Below, piece by piece: positions 12,836-22,984 of a stretch of DNA of 64,000 bases (position 1 is the stretch's first letter; each line of letters begins with the position of its first letter). Under the pieces are notes generated by a model. The model did not search any database. It was not told the DNA's origin and saw only the letters and a program-made list of their open reading frames with translations. The position numbers were made by a program, and so were the translations under genes. The stretch is from Heptranchias perlo (Eukaryota), in the NCBI RefSeq assembly GCF_035084215.1, contig NC_090355.1, forward strand, positions 15,934,001-15,998,000, in the 5' to 3' direction.

Positions 12836-15800
12836 ATTTGTGTTCATGGAGATGGAGGGGAGGAAGGGAAAGATTAACATTTTAGTGTGCCTTCCTTTGA
12901 GAACATATCAAATTTTTCTTAGATGATTGCTTTGCAAGGTATTCATTTCTCAATTAGCACGAATTAGTTGTTGAATAGTTATGATATTTGTGGTTGCACC
13001 AGCTTCAATTTTCACATCTCACTGGAAAAGAATTCTCTGGTTATTTGATATTGGCAGCAGTTTCTCACTTGCAACTGAAAATTAACTTGGAATTGAAGCT
13101 TACAAATTATGGTTGGTGATAAAAAGTAGACCAATGCTTAACACATTTAAATGACATTCCTCTCTCTGCTATTTATTGGAGGCTATAACCTATTTGCTTT
13201 AAACACATTCATGCCTCCATTAAAACTTGGACAGAGAAATGCCATACAAATGTTAAATGTTTACCTATGATTGTCAGCAACAATCTCTATCCCTTCACAG
13301 ATTGTTAGCAATGGGGTTTTATTTTAAGTAGATGATTATGATGCACAAACTAAAAGGATTATTTTATTAATAATAATAAAAAATGCATTTTGTGTTCATC
13401 AATGTAAAAGATATTGGCGTTGAGGAATAGAAAATGCTTTCACCTTTTGCACTCAGTTCTCCGCAAGATCAGTTCTCACATGTGTTAAATAGAGGGAATA
13501 CCTCCCTTCAGGCTGCCCAAAAAACATGCCATAAGTCCAGGCTCAAAAGACCACTCTATCTGCACGAATCCGATATTTCCATTTCCCCTCTTCCATCCTT
13601 GTAGCTTTTTTGAGGGAGGCTACCAATTTATTATTAGTCTTGTGCCAAAATGTAGCCAATTTTGCACCAAAGAATCTAGAAACTAAGTTAAGCTGCTCAA
13701 ACTCATGTCATTCGTGACTTTTTTATAACCAGCAGACAGGAGAGATTACCCTCCCATCAATTGGAGTTGGATTAAAATCCAAGGTCTGTAGAAGAAAAGG
13801 ACAGTGTGCTAATCCAAAAGATGAAACCACATCGGTGCAATAGATAAATAAATGAGAGTCAAAACCACCCTCTCCTTGACTCCCTTCCTTGTTTATTGAT
13901 TGCACTGATATGGTGTACTCCTTTGGTTCTCCTGTCTCGTTGGACTGGGTGACAAATAGAGTCTGAACCCTTCTAAATGCTATCTTGTAAGTGACCAAAA
14001 AGAAGTTGCTAGGTGCCCAGACCAAGTCCTATCATTGTAATTCCCCTTCTTCGGGTGTTCAGCAATCTGTTCCTGCACAATACTCCACCTATTGGCCCAG
14101 GTAGAAGATTGGGTATATTTTGCAATTACAATGGAGGCTGGAGTTCAAGCAGGCACACCTCTCGATTGCAGTGCGATATTTTGTAGCTGTGGAGATGCTT
14201 CCCCTGATTCTATTTGTCAGTGAGATTAACTCAAACTGCAGACCACAATAACCATCAAAGCATTCTCATGAAATTGCAATAAGTATGTTTAAGCTTATTT
14301 TCCCAAATTTGTTACAAATATTATATACACATCCAATTTATGTTGCTTGCCAATTACTGTGATGTAACTGCCTGTGTTTCTGAAGATACAGTACACAGAT
14401 AAAAGCTAAGAATTCACAGTAGAGTTCACATGTACCTAATATCAAACCTGCATGTGTGCTTTCAGTTCAGGAAATTGTACACCCACTATAACCGATATTT
14501 AAGGGTACAGCAAGTTGTGTTGCTTCCAATTGAATTCTTAATTTGTTAAGTGTCTCAGGTAGTTATAGTAACTGTATAAAATGTATACAATGACCACATA
14601 AATGGTCGAAACTACCTGTATACTTGTGTGAATTGGTGTCAGCTTTTACCCAGTCTGTACCATTTGCAAGTCATCATTTACTTGTCAAATATAAATCCTA
14701 AGAAGATAAGCCAGTCCAAAGCTCTGGTATTTCACTTCCGTAGTAAATATGTTAAAAGGACAAAACCAATGCAGCAGATAAAACTGAACTAAAATCTAAA
14801 GGTTCAATCCAGAAAAACAGCTGCTTTCCAGCATCTTAACGTGATGTGAAACTTCCTTAGACACGTTGCAAATGATTCTCGTTACAGAACCTACACGGAT
14901 GCCCCATTCATTTGCTCGGTTGCTCTGATCTCTTTGATTTTAGACACTCAATTCTCCCGACACTGAGCGTTTCAAATGACTTTCTGCTCGTCGTTGATCA
15001 GACAGCCCTTGAAAAGACACATCTCGTTCCTACGAGTTCCCGTCAATACTTAAGGTCACGAAGGGTCTTTTTGTGAATTCATAAAAATGAAAATTCTTCT
15101 CACGGTCGGGCATTAACCCTGAATCTTGGGCTCGGGGGTGGGGGGTTAGATACATTTATACCGAGTGACAAATATTGGCGACTTTTCTAGTGACATAACT
15201 GATTCGACAGCAGTAAGAGCTGAATGATCATACTCTTCCACTTGAACAATACTTAACCTTTTGATTATTTTCCGCACTGGTATTTGTTTATTCTGAACGC
15301 TTCACTGCAGTGACTGGAGCTCATTCGGTCTTTCCGATCAGCTTCGGTCCCCGTGTTGTCTTAAAAGGATTCATTAAATACAGAACATTTTGAAGTTATT
15401 GCTTTTAATTCTATCTGAGTCTTCCGAATGGCTGTTTGGTGCCATCCAGTCAGTCCCTGGGAAGTCACAAGCACCGCATCCACTCACTGCGCCATTAGAA
15501 CATTTTACAGAGACCCTTCTCTCGACCAGAATATCGTCGCCAAGAATGAAAGGTTTCAGAGCATTAATAAAATGGTCCATGCATAAATAATAAAGTCAGC
15601 TGCTGCGCTCTGTTGGATTAGACACGAGTTTCCTGGCCAAGCTGATTCGTGTTAAGTAATTGGTGCAAATGTTTGTAACAGGTAACTGCATTGTGACATT
15701 TACTCAGTGTGACATTACTCACCATGACATTACTCATGGGGGGTCATTTGAGAGAAGTAAAACTGGAAATATAAACGTTAAATGTAAAATCAACTGATCT

Positions 15801-16081
15801 CAAAACTTCTGCTTATCTCTAAAATATTCAACACGGTATTTTATTCCATTATTAGTGCACTTAGGACCAACATAAATATTAGTAGGAACATCTGAAGTTC
15901 AGTACAGGCAAAACTGAATTTAGAAATAGCATCTTGTGACAGGCGGACAGGACAAAAAAACTTTTTTTTAAAGTGTTTGGTTCCGGATGTTGGCACTTTA
16001 AATTAAGGAGTTTAATCTGGTTTTTTTGTTTTATTTTCCCCATCAAAGTTGTCTCTGTGGAACAGAACGGGTCGCACTTAC

Positions 16082-16492
16082 GTGGAGGTGACTGGAACCG
16101 GCGGACGGAGCTTCGCTGAAGCTTTCGGTGCCCAGAGTGCCACTGTTGGGCAGCAGGTCGGTTTTCAGATAGAGTCCCTCGGAGGTGTATTGATCGAAGA
16201 GCAGCTGGTCCGACCTGGGGATGACGAGCCTCAACATGGGCAGCAGTTGCCTCTTGTTCTGGCTGTTGAGGATAACTTTCAGAGTCTGCACCAGGTCGAA
16301 GACGTTCCTCTTGGAGTGATAGACGTTCAGGCAGTGGATGAACTGCTCCCTCTCGTAGTCGTTTAATAAAACATTAAGAGCGTTGTGCAGCTTCCTCACG
16401 TTGGACGATAAGGATCGCCCGCTGGATCCAACGCCCGAAACCATAGAGTTAGCCGAGGAGTTGAGGGACATCCGTTCGAGATCGGTGGACAT
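16082..16492 (-). CDS. WHRN: Whirlin coding exon 1 (N-terminus and harmonin-homology domain HHD1), 137 codons
   Basis: MSTDLERMSL...NVRKLHNALNVLLNDYEREQFIHCLNVYHSKRNVFDLVQTLKVILNSQNKRQLLPMLRLVIPRSDQLLFDQYTSEGLYL matches the whirlin N-terminal domain. ATG is in an ACCATG context at 16492. Donor CAC|GTAAGT at 16081, phase 0. Lies in a CpG-rich region. Confidence 0.95.
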
Positions 16493-16990
16493 GGTGAGAA
16501 ACGCCGGGGGTGGGGGGGGGGGGGAAATAAAAGTATCAACAGCAGATGTGCAGTTTCCCCAGTTTGCAGAATCTCCCCGGACCGGGACGGATTGCACTGC
16601 AGATGGGATCAGGGGCAGTGAGCAGCGCAGTCCCCGGGCTCCGCTGAAGTCTCTACTCCTGCCTCCGTCTGCATTTCGCCGACGAGTTGCCCTCCCCGGG
16701 GACTGGCTGCGTGTGGCATTGATCGCCCAGTTGAGCTCCGGCTGCCGGCCCGCCTCCCTCCACTTTCACGGCTTCTCTCCCGCGCGCTCAGCTGCACTTG
16801 TCAATTTCATCGTTGCTTGTCATTCCGCGCGGAAATGACGCAGCCCGACGTTGTTGCCAGGAGACGGCGGCTACATCCAGGACGCGTCGGCCGGGCACGT
16901 GCGGGATGGGGCAGTGGGGTCTGCACCCGTGCAGACCCTGAAATGGGTTCAGGTGCTCAGGGAGCAGCTTTGTTCCCGGTGAAGAACCTG
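16493..16990 (-). promoter_or_regulatory. CpG-island promoter / 5'UTR of WHRN
   Basis: GC- and CpG-rich stretch immediately upstream of the ATG in an otherwise CpG-poor window. Contains an X-box-like motif (16853-16865), the palindrome TTCCGCGCGGAA (16823-16834) and a CRE-like TGACGC. Confidence 0.75.
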
Positions 16991-17109
16991 CCCCACCCAC
17001 TTCTACATCGCTGATAACTGTTAAAAGTCATAAACTTCCATTCAAAATTCAGTGTGAGTGCAATTCAGCAACTTTAATCCACCTTCTTTTCTTCTGTTTG
17101 TCAAGCATG

Positions 17110-17692
17110 GAACAGCTATACAAAACCCTGGTTAGACCGCACCTGGGGTACTGTGAGCAGTTCTGGGCACCGCACCTTCGGAAGGACATATTGGCCTTGG
17201 AGGGAGTGCAGCGTAGGTTTACTAGAATGATACCCGGACTTCAAGGGTTAAGTTACGAGGAGAGATTACACAAATTGGGGTTGCATTCTCTGGAGTTTAG
17301 AAGGTTAAGGGGTGATCTGATCGAAGTTTGTAAGATATTAAGGGGAACAGATAGGCTGGATAGAGAGAAACTATTTCCGCTGGTTGGGGATTTTAGGAGC
17401 AGGGGGCACAGTCGAAAAATTGGAGCCAGACCTTTCAGGAGCGAGATTAGAAAACTTTTCTACACACAAAGGGTTGTAGAAGTTTGGAACTCTCTTCCGC
17501 AAACGGCAATTGATACTAGCTCAATTGCTAAATTTAAATCTGAGATAGATAGCTTTTTGGCAACCAAAGGTATTAAGGGATATGGGCCAAAGGCAGGTAT
17601 ATGGAGTTCGATCACAGATCAGCCATGATCTTATAAAATGGCGGAGCAGGCACGAGGGGTTGAATGGCCTGCTCCTGTTCCTATGTTCCTAT
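17110..17692 (+). mobile_element. CR1 LINE 3' fragment (relatively young, open frame)
   Basis: LYKTLVRPHLGYCEQFWAPHLRKDILALEGVQRRFTRMIPGL...RRLRGDLIEV; ends in cctatgttcctat. Confidence 0.92.
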
Positions 17693-17967
17693 TTTGTTAT
17701 GAACATATTCTGCTTCAGGGAGTTGACTAATATTCTCCTGAGGAAAGATTAAACACCACTATAAAGTGCAAATATAGTAAATATTCCAACTTCATCTAAT
17801 GGATGGATGGAGGTCTTTAAGCATTAGACATTGTTCCAAATTTTCTAGTTAATTGGAAGTAAAACTACAAAAATACACCACCTGCAGCAGGAAAATGGAG
17901 GAAGAATCAATGAAGGATGGAAGATGAAGGAAGAAATGAATTGCTTGTTTTTCACAGAAGCTAAAGG

Positions 17968-18398
17968 GCTGCTCCTCAACTTCTGGCTGCACTTCCATCC
18001 CACGCTCCTGATCTTTGGTCACCCAGCGCGGGGGGCACGGGCAAGTCGGAGGACTTTCTTATGGGTCTGCTCCTGGGCCTGGCCAAGGTGACCATCCAAA
18101 GGTCCAGGTTGGACGCGGCACGTGGGGGTGGTCGCTCTGGTGGCTTTTTCCGGGCCCGGGTGGCCCTGGAGAAGAAGCATGCATGCGCCAGTATGCTTGA
18201 GGCCTTCCGTGACCGGTGGGTACTGCAGGGACTGGAGTGCATAGCGGACGGTGTAAATAATATTCTGATCTAATTTGATAAGTTTCCTTTGTTTTTTATG
18301 ATTTGGGTATTTATTGTTCGTGCCCCTCTAAAAAGGGGGCAATTTTGTTAATTTATTTGGGGCAACCCAGTGTCTCCTAATTGGTTCAATAAAAGAGT
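17968..18398 (+). mobile_element. Tx1-like non-LTR retrotransposon 3' end
   Basis: LLLNFWLHFHPTLLIFGHP...LLLGLAKVTIQRSR...RARVALEK...EAFRDRW...NNILI* resembles the Tx1 ORF2 C-terminus. The 3'UTR has a TGCCCC..GGGGCA hairpin and AATAAA. Confidence 0.7.
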
Positions 18399-19279
18399 AG
18401 AAAGCAACTTGCTGGAGGAATTTTCAGCTCTGGTGAAAGTGGAAACATGGAAAAAGTGCTGAGAGCACAACAATTAAAATGTTTCAGATTAGTTGCAGGT
18501 TCTGCTCCTGTTGGACATCTTGTCCCCATGACAATTTTGATCAGTAAATAAAATCTTAAATCTCATAATCCCACCATTTGATATCAGTGATGGACCGGCG
18601 AATGGGATATGCAACTGAAACCCCTGTGAAAAACCCTATTCATACTGAAAACAATGGTAAGAATGTATTTGAAACAAAAAGTGCAGAAAACCTCAGTCGA
18701 AGTTGAAGATGGTCATATTACAATTGAATTACTAAGAAAACAGTATTAAAATCTTAAGATACACTTCATTCATTTCTATTACTGACTTTCCGAATAGATA
18801 CTACAATGTTATTAGAAACCCCAATGTACTTAATTACTGCAGGAAAGTGGCAAGTCAAATATAATGAAATCAGGGTTTAAGAAGTGTTGTGTGCTGACTG
18901 ATCGATACAATAACATTAGTGTCAGGAGTGGTGGATGTGTCTGTGATCTATCTTTTGCTCTGTCTCTCCCTCCCAAGCAGAACAGTACCTGCAGATTGGC
19001 AACTGTGGAAAGCTGCTCTTAAAAAAACTGAAATTGTTCTTGTTATCTGTTGATTGAAATGGCACCAAAGGACCAATATGATCGTGAAGCGTCTCTTTTA
19101 AAAATCAGATTCAAGCCATTCTGATTGACGGCTTAAGCCAAACACTATGAAATAGTGAATGAACATTCGTGAGCTATTTTATATTACTTTTGTGCTTCTT
19201 TAGGTTGGATTGATTGCAAGAGACTTTTTTCATGTTTCTGCTGCTCGGATCGGGGATCTGGATTAGTGTAAATATCAAA

Positions 19280-21497
19280 GGGGAGATTTTCCACTTCACC
19301 ATTCCTGGTGCATGCTGTGAGTGTACATTGGGAAACCATGCTCCATCAGCCCGTGATTTTCTGTTTATTACGGATGCAAAAATCACAGGTTTGGGTGCAC
19401 AATTTTTGTAAAATGCATACCCAGCACATAAACAGCCCTGAAACAGAAAATCTCCTTTCAGGAGCTGACTCACAGGGCAAGATTTTAGCATGGAGACGGG
19501 AACTCAGCAGGTGGATAAATAATCGCATGGGAAACCTGGAAGTGACTTGAACGCATTGGATTGAGCGATCGCAACTCAATTGAAGGCACTTAATGTTAGC
19601 TCTGGGTTTTGCGCAGCGGGCATACTGAGCACTCGCATAACGTGATTTAAAGCCCAATATTTAAGGGGCCAATGCAAAAATGGATTTTGAAGGAGAAAGG
19701 AGTAAAAAGCGAAATGGAAGGACATAGGGGAAATTCAACACCCAGGTTCTCAGACTCTTCCCTTGAGATACTACTGGCTGCTGTGAGAAGCAGGAGGGAG
19801 GTGATATACCCAGGTGATAGGAGGACGAAACCTGGTTCTGCCATCAGGAAGGCATGGCTGGAGGTGGCAGAACAGGTCAGCAGCAGGAGCACAGTGCCCA
19901 TGTCTTGGCTGCAGTGGAGGAAGCGATTTAATGACCTAACCAGGTCAGGAAAAGTGAGTACAGTTGCTGATTCACCCACATCCAGTGAAATGCAACACCG
20001 CCCCCCACTCCCCACCACTGTGTTAGCACGCCATCACGTAACTTCTCACATCCACTTAAGTTTCAGCATCAACCGCCCTTCACTTTGTATGCACTTCCTC
20101 ACCTCCCCATTTATTCACCCACCACTGCCACTCACCCCAATCCTGATGCAATGTGCTGTATCTGTCTGATAGTCACCCTCTGATGCATCTGTTTCATTGT
20201 CAGCCTCACCCAAAGCAATACGTCCATCAGGTGAATAAGTCACCTTCAGTCACTCACGGGTCTGATCTTTCTTCACTTGAGGGGAAGAGAGTGCAAAATG
20301 CAAAGGAGAGGATGAGAACTGGAGGTGGTCGACCGCATATAGTGGAGTTGATAGATGTGGAGGAGGAGGCCGTAGAAATAAGTGGGACAGTTGCATGCCT
20401 ATCCATCGGAGATGGAGAGACTGGCAACCCGCAGATGGCTGGTGACAGAATTTTAACATCTTTCACACACATGATGAATTGATTTTATCAACCTCAGTAT
20501 GGTCATTCGAAAGATTGTCACTTTTCCGATGAATAATTCATATCGCTTTCTGTTGTCTTCCGGGGCCTTCACGATTTCAAGAATAATCAGGGGAAATGGA
20601 AGACAATGATTCCTCAGAGGACTTCATTCCTTCTGAGGGTGCACCGTCACAGGACATACATCCATGCACCAGCGCAGATACTCGCACTTCAGTGGGTCCT
20701 GTTAGACAGATAGTTGGGTTGTCACCTGGTGATTCACCACTCACAAGTATGCACGAGCAGGCACTGGTGGCAGGGGCAGCTGTGGAGAGTCCGCATCGGG
20801 GGGCGCACTCCTCTCCAAGCTCTGCTCAGCTGGGCACAGATGCTGAACCCTGGAGGGCATCGTTGAAAAGGAGAATGATAGAGGTGCAGCAGCAACTTTG
20901 CGAGGTAATGGAAAAAGTGTCACACACACTCTCCACAATACCAGAAATGATGGAGGTGTCCAGCTCCATCACCAGTGGATTGTTGTCACAGGTAAATGCG
21001 AGATTATCTGCAATGGAGAGAGTGGCAGCCTCCAATGAGCTTCAAGCATAGATCTCAAATGAGTCTACGGAGGCCATGACAACGGCTGAGCAAACTTTGG
21101 ATGCCAACCTGTCTGCCGCCTTAAACAGGATGACAGATCCGTGGCCTTACACGCGACACATCTGTTCACCAACCTGTTATCCAGCAGAGTGGTGGGAGTG
21201 ATGTGGCACTGGCCCGGGAGAGGGATGATGGAGAAAGGGGACACCACTCCCACATCTCACACATTGCCCCCCACCCCCCCCCCCCCAACCAATATGCAAT
21301 GCTGCCTCCTCTCCTGATGGCCAAGTCTTCCCCTGCACAGCTGCAGGTGGAGCAGTCTTTGGCCGGGCCCTCAAGGGCTCCAAAATCCAGATGTCGTAGG
21401 TCGAGAGCATCTCAGCAGTCAGGGAAGTTATCTATCTGATCAACCTTCTGCTATCTCTGCTGAAGCCACAGGGGATGCAACACATAGAAACGCTAGA
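19280..21497 (+). mobile_element. Truncated PIF/Harbinger element carrying a three-exon Myb/SANT-like pseudogene
   Basis: TIR-like GGGGAGATTTTCC at 19280. Exon 19714-19953 encodes PRFSDSSLEILLAAVRSRREVIYP...KAWLEVAEQVSSRS...QWRKRFNDLTRSGK followed by GTGAGT. Exon 20282-20441 encodes GKRVQNAKERMRTGGG... The third exon has a mutated acceptor and stop codons. The element ends abruptly at the 21498 insertion. Confidence 0.85.
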
Positions 21498-21655
21498 AAG
21501 CTTTCGGAGGCTTCCTCCTTCCTCACATTTACCTGAGGAAGGAGGAAGCCTCCGAAAGCTTGTAGATTTCAAATAAAAATCGTTGGACTATAACTTGGTG
21601 TTGTAAAATTGTTTACAATTGTCAACCCCAGTCCATCACCGGCATCTCCACATCA
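21498..21655 (+). mobile_element. Short Penelope-like fold-back insertion, family A
   Basis: Perfect 28-bp inverted repeat (21498-21525 / 21534-21561), a hammerhead motif, AATAAA, and the terminal ...ccagtccatcaccggcatctccacatca shared with the 47416 copy. Confidence 0.75.
21527..21567 (+). ncRNA. Minimal type I hammerhead ribozyme motif
   Basis: Stem I ATTTAC/GTAGAT; core CTGAGGA plus an extra A; stem II GGAGG-aag-CCTCC; GAAA; palindromic stem III AGCT; predicted cleavage after CUU at 21561. Confidence 0.65.
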
Positions 21656-22062
21656 GTGTCAGTATGAAAGCAGCTGTGGTGATGTTGAATCGTTCCTGCA
21701 TTTACAATTATACTTTCACTCATAATAAATCATAGCTTTAGTAATTCCTTCAGGGAGACCTCTTCTTTTTAAAAGAGCACTGTTACCAGGGACGAACAGT
21801 CGCATGTCATTTCCATTACAATGAAATTACACATATCTGATTCACTGCTGTTTTCATGACGCAAAACACTCTTTGATGTTATTTATGTCAGCATGTTGTG
21901 TAAATGGCAAACAAATGAAAAAAAGGTTCGACAAACACCTTTGGATGACAATGGTGCTGATCTAAATGGAGAAACGACATTGAAAATTGTTCCGATTTTT
22001 TAAAACAGATTTGCACGATGACATTCACTGTTAACAGCAAAGGAAGTAAGACTACAATGAGT

Positions 22063-22205
22063 CAAAAGCAAAATACTGAGGAGGCTGGAATTCTGAAATA
22101 AAACCAGAAAATGCTGGAAATACTCAGCAGGTCAGGCAGCATCTGTGGAAAAAGAAACAGAGTTAACATTTCAGGTCAATGGCCTTTCGTCAGAACTGGA
22201 AGATG
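22063..22205 (-). mobile_element. Short Penelope-like insertion, family B, with a degenerate hammerhead motif (22161-22197)
   Basis: Minus strand reads AGTT-CTGACGA-A-AGGCC-att-GACCT-GAAA-TGTT-AACT. Flanked by the near-direct repeats ctacaatgagt / ctacatgagt. Confidence 0.65.
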
Positions 22206-22267
22206 TCTACATGAGTACTTGGGGTGGGGATCACAATCAGTTTTCAGGAGACAGCACAACTGTTAAT

Positions 22268-22984
22268 GGGGCAGAAATTGCTTGGAGCGGTGAACCAACA
22301 GTGCTCGACTCTCCATAGATATATACTTATCTCACAAACTTATACTTAGTCTTTTCTTTGGGCACTTCCTCGAATAGGAAGCGGAGAAGAGCCCGGCGTC
22401 AGTTCAAGCGAAGTTAGGACCCATGGGAGAAGCGAGAGGATCGCACTCTCCCTTCGACCAATCAGATCGCAGCATTGATGACAAGTTGCGTTAACTCTCT
22501 CTACTGGACTCGAACGAGAAAACCAGGAAGTGAAAGTTACAACTTTAAAATCCTTGCAAAAACAGTTCTAGACAGCGAAAAAAAGAGTAAGAAATAACTA
22601 AATTAAAGAGACAGAAGGGAAAAGTAAAAAAAAATTTTAATGACCAAAAACTATTAAAATAAGGAGTAATGAGACTCCACATTTTTAAAAGTTAATTTTC
22701 AGTTGTTTGGCAGTCATTAAGTCTTCATTTAGGCCTGGTATTTTTAAGCCTAACTGTTTTGTGGCGTAATTAATTACTTTCCAGCTGGGCAGATGAGCAA
22801 GTTCAGACTTTTTCAATGATTTCTCTGATTACAGTGTGCAATATACCTTTAATGTGAAGTTGTCATTATCACCGGTAAACCAGAAGGACCAAGTTCTGGA
22901 TATCCACGTTTCACTGCGCATTTGCTCCGCCATTTTGCCACTATCTGTTGCGCTGACTGTTATTTCGCAAGCAATTTCTGTCCC
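22268..22984. mobile_element. MITE-like non-autonomous DNA transposon (Harbinger-type TIRs), 717 bp
   Basis: 16-bp TIRs GGGGCAGAAATTGCTT / (rc) GGGACAGAAATTGCTT with 1 mismatch. Flanks are AAT / ATT. No ORF; CpG-enriched ends. Confidence 0.75.

Noticed and set aside
16493-16597. N-terminal extension of the 184-aa ORF as the true WHRN start
   Set aside because: It starts at GTG and runs through a C-homopolymer; homology and Kozak context point to the ATG at 16492.
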